A stretch of 64,000 nucleotides of DNA from the NCBI GenBank assembly GCA_964291265.2, contig OZ219747.1:352001-416000 (forward strand), read 5' to 3'. The notes beneath the pieces are model-generated. The model was not told the DNA's origin. It was given only the letters and a program-made list of their open reading frames with translations, and made no database searches. The position numbers and the translations under genes were made by a program. This stretch comes from Alphaproteobacteria bacterium (GTDB lineage: Bacteria; Pseudomonadota; Alphaproteobacteria; SP197). Positions 50,559 through 59,920 of this stretch are shown piece after piece. Within the stretch, counting starts at the first letter, position 1. Each line of letters opens with the position of its first letter.

Positions 50559-51293
50559 ATGCCCTTGACGGAAGAGGACGAGCGGGCGATTGACGAGGCC
50601 CTCTAGGTTGGCGCCAGGGAGACGTTTCCCTGGACGCCGGCCTGGAATTCCTTCATCTCGCCGACCTCACCCGTCCGCATAGCCCGGCATCCAACCAAGC
50701 CGCCGAGGCCATGCTCAATGACGGCGAGCCCATTGAGGACGGTCCCACGCCGGTCCTGGACCGTGGAGAAGACCCTTGTCGCCCGATGGACCCGCACGCC
50801 CGGCTGGGAGACCGACGAGGAGTTGCGGGCCATTGCCCTGGCCCTTTCTCGCAAGAGGTCCCGCTTCGCCTTTCCCGACGATTTCGTCGCCGCGGCCGAG
50901 GCCCTCCAAAGGCGCCTTGTCGACAAGCACGACAAGGAGACCGACGAGGGCGCCCATCTTCGGGCGCTGCGCGAAATCAGGGTCCGCGCGGCGCCGTCCG
51001 GAGACGACGCCGAGGTCCAGCTCAGCTGGTGGTTCATCAAGGACGCCGATCCCGCGGACACTGAGGCCGATTGGCCGACGCACATGGACCGGTGGCTTGC
51101 CCTCTTCGACCAGACCGTCCGGTTCCGTCTCGATCCGCCGACCGCCTGCCGCCTGGAGGACATGACGGCCCGTGATTACGTCGAGAGTGACCGCCTCGAC
51201 CTCGATCGCCTTTCTGACCCCGGATTGGCTGGTCGTCGAACTCACGGGTGGCGACGCCAAGATCCTGAATCGCCGGAACCGTCTGCTCGATGA
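50559..51293 (+). pseudogene. hypothetical protein of the TIGR04255/HTH module, disrupted
   Basis: MPLTEEDERAIDEAL* then frameshift WRQGD...VLDR, then a second shift to TVEK...RFAFPDDF...EIRV...DYVESDRLDLD. Confidence 0.6.
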
Positions 51294-51590
51294 TGTCCCC
51301 TTCGATCTCGCCCGGCTCGTTGTACTTCCCGTCGAAGCTCAGCCGCACCACCTGATGCGGCGCCGACCGGTCCCATTGGGAGTGGATGTCGAGTCCCCGG
51401 AACAGGGGTTCGTGGCAGGCGAACAGCGATCCCAGGGCTCTTGCCGAAGCGGCGCGGACGCGACAGGAAGTCATGGTCACCCTGCGCGACCAGGTCCACA
51501 GATGAGAGGGGTCTTGTCGACATGGCAGCTGCCGGTCTCCCGGGAGCGCCGGAAATCCTGGATCCCGACCGGAAGACGGCGGCGGCTCAT
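51285..51590 (-). pseudogene. AAA-ATPase-like (PD-(D/E)XK-associated) protein, N-terminal fragment
   Basis: MSRRRLPVGIQDF...VDKT / FLSRPRRFGKS / EPLFRGLDIH..VVRLSF in different frames. Confidence 0.75.
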
Positions 51591-51779
51591 CGGTCTCTCC
51601 CTTCGCAGCGCCGGAACCCGCAGTTGATACGGGGGCGCTCAAGCCTCCCCTGTCATGGCTCCGAAGGTTGCAACAACGGCGGCGTCGAATGCACGGCCAC
51701 GCTATCCGCCTGCCTGTCGGGGCGCCTCGACGCGATGACGGGCGGCGAGGGCGCAGGGCAGCGTGACGTTCTCGCGGTA

Positions 51780-53888
51780 TCAGGTGGAGAGACCGAGGTC
51801 GCGTTTCTTGCTTGCGGCCCAGGCCTGGATGATGCGGTCGGCGATCATGGCCATGAGAGCCATGGACCCCCCGGCGATGACACCCTGGCCGAAACGGGCG
51901 TTGGTGAGACTGTCATAGACCCACTGGCCGAGGCCCTTGGTGCCGACGAGGGCGGCGATGACGAGCATGGCGAGGGCGAACATCACCACCTGGTTGAGGC
52001 CCACCATGATCTCGGGGACGGCAAGGGGAAGCTTGACCTTCCAGAGGATCTGCCTCTCGGTGCAGCCCATCATCCGGGCCGCCTCGATGGCCACCGGGTC
52101 GACATGGCGGATGCCGTGTTCGGTGTAACGGATCGCCGGCACGATGGCGTACATGATGATGGCGAGAAGCGCCGAGAAATCACCCACCAGGAAGACCATC
52201 ACCACGGGGATGAGGAAGACGAAGAGAGGCATGGTCTGCAGGGTGTCGTTGATCGGCCGCAGGACGGCGGAGACACGGTCGTTCTGTGCCGCCCAGATGC
52301 CCAGGGCTCCGCCAGCCACGAAGCAGATGATGACCGAGGTCGCGGTGAGATAGAAGGAGAGCATGGCCCTCGGCCAGGCGCCGCTCACCAGCATGAAGAC
52401 CATGCCGAGGAAGGCGAAGAGGGCGACTTTCCAGCCCCCGACCTGGAAGGCGATGAGGGTGACGGCGGCGATGAAGACGGGCCACGGCGTTCCCGACGCT
52501 CCGTAGTAGAAGAGGATGCCGAGGAGCGCCACGCAGACGGCGGTGCGCCAGCCGCCCAGCCTGGCTGCCAGGGAGCCGATGGCCACCAGGAACATCCAGT
52601 AGGTGACGGATGCCATCGGCGTCATCTCGAAGCCCCATGAGCTGGGCCGGGCGATTCTCTCGAGACCAGCCTTCATGGGGAGCATGAAGAAATAGAGGGT
52701 GTAGGTCTTGATGGCGTCCGTGATGTCGAAGAAATTGCGGGTGAACCAGGAGACCGCCGCGTTGAGGCCCTCGGCCGGATAGATGATCCACGCATCGGGA
52801 TAGGCGTTGAACACCGGCACCGCCCATGCAAGGAGTGAGCCGACGACGACCGCCGTCGCCATGGAGGTGAGCATGGGATGGCGCACGAGGTGGTTGCCCG
52901 AACGGTGCACGTGGATCTCTCCGGTGCGTTCTGCGAAACCACGGCTGATGCGGTCCATCATCATGGCGATCAGCACGATGACCAGTCCGGCGAGGAGGCT
53001 CTGGCCGGTCTGTGCCTTGCGCATCGTGGAGAGCACTTCCCAGCCGATGTCGGCGAAGCCGCCGATGATGGCGGCGATGATCACCATGGCGAGTGCGGCC
53101 ATGATGGTCTGGTTCACGCCGATCATGATCGTGTGCATCGCTGCCGGGATGCGCACCATGAAGAGAAGCTGGAAACCGTTGCAGCCGGACATCTGGCCGC
53201 TTTCGATGACGTTGTCGGGAACTCTCTGGAGACCCAGCATGAGGTTGCGGACCATGGGCGGGCTGGCGTAGATGGCTGACGCCACCATGCCGACCACCGG
53301 TCCGATGCCGAAGAGAATCAGGATGGGAATGAGGTAAGCGAAGGTCGGCACCGTCTGCATGACGTCGAGTGTCGGCTCGATGACGCGCCGGGCCCAGCGG
53401 AACCGGAAACCGAGCAGGCCCAGGACGAAGCCGATCACGAGCGAAAGCGGCACCGACATGCAGACCAGCGCCAGGGTCGACATGCTCTCGTCCCAGTATC
53501 CGACAACCACCATGTAGAGGAGGGAAGCGATGCAGAAGAGGGCGAGACGCCAGCCCTGGGCGGCAAAGGCGATGATCGCCACGATGGCGATCGTCACCGG
53601 CCACGGCGATGTCTGCAGCACGAACTGGATACCCGTCATCGGCCATTCGAGAAGGTCGGCAAGCAGGCGGAAGATCGGCTTGAAGTGGGCCGTGAACCCG
53701 TCCATGAGAAACTCGAGGCCGGCCTCGACGGGAAGCATCCAGTCCCTGGGGTACTTGACGAGCCACTTCTCGTCGTCGCGCAACACCAGGCAGAGAGTCG
53801 CCAGGGCGCCGAAAACCATCCAGACCACGAGCCTGGGCGGGATCCGGCGCACGGTCATCGGCGCACCCGTTTCCCGTGCGGGGCTCAC
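51780..53888 (-). CDS. betaine/proline-type ABC permease with two ProW domains
   Basis: LDVMQTVPTFAYLIP and DTLQTMPLFVFLIP; two GVNQ/GLNQ..MAL motifs. Confidence 0.88.
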   Translation of the reverse strand: MSPARETGAPMTVRRIPPRLVVWMVFGALATLCLVLRDDEKWLVKYPRDWMLPVEAGLEFLMDGFTAHFKPIFRLLADLLEWPMTGIQFVLQTSPWPVTIAIVAIIAFAAQGWRLALFCIASLLYMVVVGYWDESMSTLALVCMSVPLSLVIGFVLGLLGFRFRWARRVIEPTLDVMQTVPTFAYLIPILILFGIGPVVGMVASAIYASPPMVRNLMLGLQRVPDNVIESGQMSGCNGFQLLFMVRIPAAMHTIMIGVNQTIMAALAMVIIAAIIGGFADIGWEVLSTMRKAQTGQSLLAGLVIVLIAMMMDRISRGFAERTGEIHVHRSGNHLVRHPMLTSMATAVVVGSLLAWAVPVFNAYPDAWIIYPAEGLNAAVSWFTRNFFDITDAIKTYTLYFFMLPMKAGLERIARPSSWGFEMTPMASVTYWMFLVAIGSLAARLGGWRTAVCVALLGILFYYGASGTPWPVFIAAVTLIAFQVGGWKVALFAFLGMVFMLVSGAWPRAMLSFYLTATSVIICFVAGGALGIWAAQNDRVSAVLRPINDTLQTMPLFVFLIPVVMVFLVGDFSALLAIIMYAIVPAIRYTEHGIRHVDPVAIEAARMMGCTERQILWKVKLPLAVPEIMVGLNQVVMFALAMLVIAALVGTKGLGQWVYDSLTNARFGQGVIAGGSMALMAMIADRIIQAWAASKKRDLGLST

Positions 53889-54946
53889 GCCGCGCCCTCC
53901 CCGGCATGGCTGTCGGCAAGGGTGCTCAGAACCTTCCGGGCCGTGATGCTGCCGACGATGGCGCCCTCACCGTTCCTGACGGCGATGACATCCGCACCGC
54001 CGGCAAACCGCGGCATGATCTCTTCGAGCGTGGCATGTTCATCGACCGCGTCATCCGTGGCAGGAACGTCAGCGCTAGAAATGTCGCCGGCGGTGATCAC
54101 CTTCACCCGCGGCACATCCTGGGTGAACTCGCTCACGTAATCGTCGGCCGGCTGCATCACCACCTCCGCGGGGGTGCCGATCTGCACGATGCGGCCATCC
54201 TTCATGATGGCGATCCTGTCGGCGAGGCGAAGGGCCTCGAGGAAGTCGTGGGTGATGAAGACGATGGTCTTGTGGAGCAGCTGCTGGAGACGCAGGAACT
54301 CGTCCTGCATCTGCCGGCGGATCAGCGGATCGAGAGCCGAAAAGGGCTCGTCCAGGAACCACAGCTCCGGCTCGACGGCGAGGCTCCGCGCGATCCCGAC
54401 GCGCTGCTGCTGACCGCCCGAGAGCTGGCGCGGATAGCTCGTCTCGCGCCCCGTCAGCCCGACGAGATCGATCATCTCCAGCGCCCGGGCGCGCCTCGTT
54501 TCCTTGGAGATGCCCTGGACCTGCAGGGGAAACGCGACGTTCTCGAGCACCGAGAGATGCGGCAGGAGACCGAAATTCTGGAACACCATGCCCATCTTGT
54601 GGCGGCGGATGTCGATCAGCTTGTCCCTGGAGACCTGCAGGAGGTCCTCGCCATCGAGAATCACCTCTCCCGCGGTCGGCTCGACCAGCCGGGAAAGGCA
54701 GCGCACGATGGTCGACTTGCCGGAACCGGAGAGGCCCATGATGACGAAGATCTCGCCGATGTGGACATCGAAGGTGACATCGCAGGCAGCACCGATGTGG
54801 TCCGACTCGTTGATGGTCTCGACCAGGCCCGCGGTATCGGCCACATCGCCGTTGCCGGCCGTGAAGAACCTGTCGGCCCGGGGCCCGTACACCTTCCAGA
54901 CATGCCTGCAGGTCAGCTTGACTTCCTGATCATCGGTGCCCGTCAT
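53885..54946 (-). CDS. proV: betaine/proline ABC transporter ATP-binding protein
   Basis: MGLSGSGKST, LSGGQQQRVG, DEPFSALDPLIR and FITHD motifs. Confidence 0.88.
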   Translation of the reverse strand: MTGTDDQEVKLTCRHVWKVYGPRADRFFTAGNGDVADTAGLVETINESDHIGAACDVTFDVHIGEIFVIMGLSGSGKSTIVRCLSRLVEPTAGEVILDGEDLLQVSRDKLIDIRRHKMGMVFQNFGLLPHLSVLENVAFPLQVQGISKETRRARALEMIDLVGLTGRETSYPRQLSGGQQQRVGIARSLAVEPELWFLDEPFSALDPLIRRQMQDEFLRLQQLLHKTIVFITHDFLEALRLADRIAIMKDGRIVQIGTPAEVVMQPADDYVSEFTQDVPRVKVITAGDISSADVPATDDAVDEHATLEEIMPRFAGGADVIAVRNGEGAIVGSITARKVLSTLADSHAGEGAA

Positions 54947-55121
54947 GCTCTCCTCGGAATGGGCCATGCCTCGATCCCGGACTGCCCACCCTCTCCCCCT
55001 GGGACGGGGCAATCTATCCGGTCGGACCACGAAACGCCATGATCGGAGCGAGAGGTCTCGACCGGCCGGGCGAAGAGGTGCAGTATGGTGCGCACCTTCT
55101 TGGGAGTCTGCCCTCCGGATC

Positions 55122-56255
55122 ATGCTCAGGACCGAGGACATCGAGGGGCTGCATCGCCCGACGGCGGACGCCCGCGGCCTGCCGGGGCGCGTCTATACCT
55201 GCGAGGACTTCGCCCGCGAGGAACACGCCCGCCTCTTCGCGCGGACCTGGACCCTTGCCGGGTACGCCCACGAGGTGCCGGAGACGGGATCCGTCATGCC
55301 GAGAACACTGGCCGGTGTCCCGCTCCTCTTCACGCGCACCCGCGCCGGCGAGGTCCGGTGCTTCCACAATATCTGCACTCACCGGGGTTCACTGCTTGTC
55401 GACGAGGCGGCCGGCGGGCTTGCTACCCTGCGCTGCCGCTATCACGGGTGGACCTTCGATCTCGACGGAGCCCTGCGCCTGACACCCCACTGGGGCGGTC
55501 ACAACCAGGGACAGGCTGAGACACTCGACAAGGCCTGCCATGGTCTCAAACCCGTCCGCATGGCGCGCTGGCACGACTGGCTCTTCGTCAACGTCGACGG
55601 CGAGGCCGAACCCTTTGACGACTACGCCGCTCCCTTCATGGCCCATCTTTGCGAGTACGACCTCGACCATGCCACCTGGGCGTTCACCCGCCACTACGAC
55701 ATCGCCGGCAACTGGAAGCTGGTGGCCGAGAACTACCTCGAGACACTCCATCTCGATTTCGTGCACACCGTGCTCGCCGAGGCGGCGCCCTTCGAAGAGC
55801 ACGAGGTCATCGCCGACGGCGCCTGTCTCGGAACCGTCATCGACATCGGCCTCCCCGCCGCCTGGACCGGGGACGCTGCACTGCCGCGCTGGCCGGGTAT
55901 TGACGGGGCCGACAGGAGGGCGAAGAACCTGGCGCTCTTTCCCAACTTCAAGTTCGTGGTCGGCCCCGACCATGCCTGCTCCATGGTGGAATTCCCCGAC
56001 GGGGCCGGACAGTCCCGCCAGCGCTGGGACTTCTACTTCCACGGCGAAGGCGCCACGGAGCCCGCCCATGCCGCTGCGAGGAAGGCCGTGATCGACTTCT
56101 TCGATACCACCAACGTCGAGGATTTCAACGCCGTGGAAGCGGTGCACAGGGGGCACATGTCCCCGGCCATGCAGGGTGCGCGATTCAGCGGCATATGGGA
56201 GGGGGGCGTGCACCACTTCCAGAAACTCGTTGCCCACTACATGAGCAAGCCATGA
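55122..56255 (+). CDS. Rieske non-heme iron oxygenase alpha subunit (choline monooxygenase-like)
   Basis: CTHRG...CRYHGW Rieske motif; NWKL.AENYLETLH...H and ED iron ligands. Confidence 0.88.
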   Translation: MLRTEDIEGLHRPTADARGLPGRVYTCEDFAREEHARLFARTWTLAGYAHEVPETGSVMPRTLAGVPLLFTRTRAGEVRCFHNICTHRGSLLVDEAAGGLATLRCRYHGWTFDLDGALRLTPHWGGHNQGQAETLDKACHGLKPVRMARWHDWLFVNVDGEAEPFDDYAAPFMAHLCEYDLDHATWAFTRHYDIAGNWKLVAENYLETLHLDFVHTVLAEAAPFEEHEVIADGACLGTVIDIGLPAAWTGDAALPRWPGIDGADRRAKNLALFPNFKFVVGPDHACSMVEFPDGAGQSRQRWDFYFHGEGATEPAHAAARKAVIDFFDTTNVEDFNAVEAVHRGHMSPAMQGARFSGIWEGGVHHFQKLVAHYMSKP

Positions 56256-57133
56256 ACACAGACGTCTTCATCACCTGCGCCGTGACCGGCGCCGGCGACA
56301 CCGCCGACAAGAGCCCCCACGTGCCGGTCACGCCCGAGGCCATCGCCCATGCGGCCATCGAGGCCGCCGGCGCCGGTGCGGCCATCGCCCACGTTCACGT
56401 GCGCGACGTGAAGACCGGCAAGGGCAACCGGGACAGGGATGCCTTCCGCGAGGTCGTGGCGAGGGTGCGCGACAGCGAGTGCGACGTCATCCTCAACCTG
56501 ACCACGGGCATGGGGGGCGACTACATGCCGGACGCCGACGATCCGGGGCGCGCGTCGCCTGGAAGCGACATGGCATCGCCTGAGGAACGGGTGCTCCATG
56601 TCGAGGAACTGCTTCCGGAAATCTGCAGCCTCGACGTCGCCACCATGAACTTCACCGAAGGCGCCTTCATCAACGTCCCCGATCACCTGAGGGTCATGGG
56701 CGAGCGCATTGCCAGGGCGGGCGTCAAACCGGAGCTCGAGTGCTTCGACCTGGGGCATGTCAGGCTGGCCAACCAGCTCATTTGCGAGGGGGTGATCGAG
56801 GAACCGCCGCTCTTCCAGATCTGCCTAGGCGTTCCCTGGGGGGCGCCGTCAGATCCCGAATCGCTGATCGCCATGCGCAATCTGCTTCCCGCCAATGCCC
56901 ACTGGTCGGCCTTCGGGATCAGCCGCATGCAGATCCCCATGGCGGCGCAGGCCGTGATCTCGGGAGGCAACGTGCGCGTCGGCCTCGAGGACAATCTCTA
57001 CCTCTCGCGCGGCGTGCTTGCGACCAACGGCCAGCTCGTGGAACGTGCCGTCGAGGTCGTCGAACGCCTCGGCGCGCGGATCATGGGTCCCGCCGAGACG
57101 CGCCAGAAACTGGGCTTGACGAAGCAGTTCTGA
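56252..57133 (+). CDS. beta-keto acid cleavage enzyme (BKACE/DUF849, CdhC-like)
   Basis: [32 protein letters not shown] and RVGLEDN motifs. Confidence 0.9.
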   Translation: MNTDVFITCAVTGAGDTADKSPHVPVTPEAIAHAAIEAAGAGAAIAHVHVRDVKTGKGNRDRDAFREVVARVRDSECDVILNLTTGMGGDYMPDADDPGRASPGSDMASPEERVLHVEELLPEICSLDVATMNFTEGAFINVPDHLRVMGERIARAGVKPELECFDLGHVRLANQLICEGVIEEPPLFQICLGVPWGAPSDPESLIAMRNLLPANAHWSAFGISRMQIPMAAQAVISGGNVRVGLEDNLYLSRGVLATNGQLVERAVEVVERLGARIMGPAETRQKLGLTKQF

Positions 57134-57150
57134 AGAGCGGACAACAGACC

Positions 57151-57564
57151 ATGGTGCAGAAGATCGTCAGGACCGACGAGGAGTGGCGGACCCGCCTCAC
57201 CGAAGAGCAGTTCAGGGTGACGAGGCGCGCCGGAACGGAACGACCGTTCACCGGGGCCTATCAGGGACAAGGCGAACCGGGCCTCTATCGCTGTGTGTGC
57301 TGCGGCGCGGCGCTCTTCGACTCGGTGACCAAGTATGAGTCCGGCACCGGGTGGCCGAGTTTCTGGGCCCCGATCGACGACGAGGCGGTCGAGCTGCGAG
57401 CCGACAGGAGCGTCTTCTTCATGCCCCGCACGGAAGTGGTCTGCGCCCGCTGCGACGCCCATCTCGGCCATGTCTTCCCCGACGGACCGCCCCCGACGCA
57501 CCAGCGCTACTGCATGAATTCGGCGGCCCTCACCCACGAGAAGGCGAGCGACGGCGGAACGTGA
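57151..57564 (+). CDS. msrB: peptide-methionine (R)-S-oxide reductase
   Basis: [24 protein letters not shown] and RYCMNS motifs. Confidence 0.95.
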   Translation: MVQKIVRTDEEWRTRLTEEQFRVTRRAGTERPFTGAYQGQGEPGLYRCVCCGAALFDSVTKYESGTGWPSFWAPIDDEAVELRADRSVFFMPRTEVVCARCDAHLGHVFPDGPPPTHQRYCMNSAALTHEKASDGGT

Positions 57565-58568
57565 AGCCCGGACCGCTCAATCTCATCACCGATGTCGATG
57601 GCGTCCTCGTCGGTCAGGCGGAGGATCACCGGGTCAGGACCGGCGTCACCGCCATCGTCCCCGAGGAACGCGTCACGGCCGCCGCCGACGTGAGGGGCGG
57701 CGCCCCGGGCACGCGCGAGACCGGTACGCTCCATGTCGCCAGCCTCGTTGACGCCGTGGATGCGGTCGTGCTCTCCGGCGGCTCGGTCTTCGGCCTCGAT
57801 GCAGCAGGCGGCGCCGTGGCATGCCTGGTCGAAGAGGATCGGGGATTTCCGACATCGGCCGGCAGGATTCCGGTGGTGCCGGCGGCCATCCTCTTCGATC
57901 TCGCAAGCGGCGGCGACAAGGCCTGGGGCCGGCATTCTCCTTACGCCGACCTGGGATACCGCGCGGTCCAGGCAGCGGCACAGCGTTTCGATCTGGGCAA
58001 CACCGGTGCGGGTCTCGGCGCCCGTGCCGGAGGCCTGAAGGGAGGAACGGGCAGCGCCTCGGCAGTGGCCGACGGCGGTCTCCAGGTGGGAGCCATCGTC
58101 GCCGTCAATGCTGTCGGATCGACGGTGATCCCCGGCACCTCGACGCTCTGGGCGGCGCTCTTCGAACAGGCCGGCGAGATGGGGATGCCGCCGCGTTCGC
58201 TCCCCGCAGGGTGCATGGACCTCGAGGACGAGTTCAGGGGCCTTGCCGGCGAGAACACCTCCATCGGCGTCGTGGCAACCAATGCGACCCTCGACAAGGG
58301 CGCCCTCAATCGCATCGCCATCATGGCCCACGATGGCCTGGCCCGCGCCATTCGTCCCGTTCACACACCTTTCGACGGCGATACCATGTTCGCACTCGCC
58401 ACGGCGAGGCACACCGACACCATCGATGCCGTCACGCTCGCGCGCCTGGGATCGATGGCGTCAGACTGCGTGACGAGAGCAACGGGAAGGGCCATGGTGG
58501 CAGCGGAGACCCTTGACGGCATGACGAGCTACAGCGACTGGAGGACCGGCAGGTGCCGACAACAGTGA
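57561..58568 (+). CDS. P1/S58 (DmpA-like) peptidase
   Basis: [26 protein letters not shown] and PFDGDT motifs. Confidence 0.88.
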   Translation: MKPGPLNLITDVDGVLVGQAEDHRVRTGVTAIVPEERVTAAADVRGGAPGTRETGTLHVASLVDAVDAVVLSGGSVFGLDAAGGAVACLVEEDRGFPTSAGRIPVVPAAILFDLASGGDKAWGRHSPYADLGYRAVQAAAQRFDLGNTGAGLGARAGGLKGGTGSASAVADGGLQVGAIVAVNAVGSTVIPGTSTLWAALFEQAGEMGMPPRSLPAGCMDLEDEFRGLAGENTSIGVVATNATLDKGALNRIAIMAHDGLARAIRPVHTPFDGDTMFALATARHTDTIDAVTLARLGSMASDCVTRATGRAMVAAETLDGMTSYSDWRTGRCRQQ

Positions 58569-59239
58569 TCACGGGGGCAGGCCGGGGGATCGGCCTCGAA
58601 CTGACGAGACAGTATCTTGCCGACGGCTGGCTGGTCCATGCCGGGGCCCGCCAGCCCAGCGCGGCCCCGGGGTTGTCGGAACTGACGTCTTCGCGACTTC
58701 ACGTTCACCGGCTCGAGGTGACGAGGAGCGAGGATGCGGCCTCACTTGCCGCATCGCTTGGCGGAGCGCCGGTCGATCTCCTCGTCAACAACGCCGGCAT
58801 CTGGTTCGGTGACGAGGAGCTCTATGGCCGGTTCGACGACGAGGCATGGATCGAACAGTTCCGGGTCCACGTGTTCGGCGTCATGACGATGGTGGCGGCG
58901 CTCGAGGACAACATCGCGGCGAGCCAGGGGCGCACCATCATCAACATCTCGAGCGGCAGCGGCAGTTTCGCCTGGAGGGCGAAGTCGCCTGATTACCCCT
59001 ACAACTCTTCGAAGGCGGCGCTCAACATGCTGGCGCGGGGGCTGGCGGTGGATCTCCGGGCACGGGGGATCATCGTCGTCAACCTGACACCGGGGTTCGT
59101 TTCCACCGACATGACAGGCCATGACGCCGATCTCGACCCCGCCACGAGCGTTGCCGGCATGCGCCAGGTCATCGCCGACCTCGACAGCTCCGCCAGCGGA
59201 TCGTTCCTGCGCTACAACGGCGAGACCGTGCCATGGTGA
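58553..59239 (+). CDS. short-chain dehydrogenase/reductase (CsgA-like)
   Basis: TGAGRGIG, NNAG, YNSSK and PGFVSTDM motifs. Confidence 0.88.
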   Translation: MPTTVITGAGRGIGLELTRQYLADGWLVHAGARQPSAAPGLSELTSSRLHVHRLEVTRSEDAASLAASLGGAPVDLLVNNAGIWFGDEELYGRFDDEAWIEQFRVHVFGVMTMVAALEDNIAASQGRTIINISSGSGSFAWRAKSPDYPYNSSKAALNMLARGLAVDLRARGIIVVNLTPGFVSTDMTGHDADLDPATSVAGMRQVIADLDSSASGSFLRYNGETVPW

Positions 59240-59907
59240 AGTCCGTTCTCATCACCGGCTCAAGCCGTGGCATCGGCTTCGAGTTCGCGGCTCAGTATGC
59301 CGCCGCCGGCTGGAAGGTCCACGCCTGCTGCCGCCGACCGGACGATGTCTCCTTCGATCCTGGCATCGATGTGCATGCGCTCGATGTCACCGACCAGGCG
59401 TCGATCGACGCCCTCGCCTCATCCCTCGATGGCGCAGCCTTGGATCTTCTCATCAACAACGCCGCGATCTTAGGTGGTTCCCGCCAGGGTGTCGGTGAAA
59501 CGCGTGACGAAGAATGGGAGCTGGTGATGCGCACCAACGTCATCGCTCCCTTCAGGGTCACCGATGCATTCAGAGGTCACCTGGGCCGTGCATCCCGGGC
59601 CATCGTCGTCCACATCTCGAGTCTCGCCGGGTCCATCGCCGACAACCGCTCCGGAGGCATTCACCTCTACCGGACCAGCAAGACGGCGCTCAACATGGTG
59701 GCGGCAAACCAGGCCCGTGACCTCGCCGGAGACGGCATCACGGTCCTCGCCCTCCATCCGGGGTGGGTCAGGACGGACATGGGTGGAGAGACTGCCCCGC
59801 TCTCTGCCCGGATGAGCGTTGCCAGCATGAGGCAGGTCATCGCGTCGGCCTCCTCGGCGATGAGCGGCGGGTTCTTCGACCGCAACGGCAAGCCTCTGCC
59901 CTGGTAG
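59233..59907 (+). CDS. short-chain dehydrogenase/reductase (CsgA-like)
   Basis: TGSSRGIG, NNAA, YRTSK and HPGWVRTDMG motifs. Confidence 0.9.
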   Translation: MVKSVLITGSSRGIGFEFAAQYAAAGWKVHACCRRPDDVSFDPGIDVHALDVTDQASIDALASSLDGAALDLLINNAAILGGSRQGVGETRDEEWELVMRTNVIAPFRVTDAFRGHLGRASRAIVVHISSLAGSIADNRSGGIHLYRTSKTALNMVAANQARDLAGDGITVLALHPGWVRTDMGGETAPLSARMSVASMRQVIASASSAMSGGFFDRNGKPLPW

Positions 59908-59920
59908 GCTGCCCGGTTGA

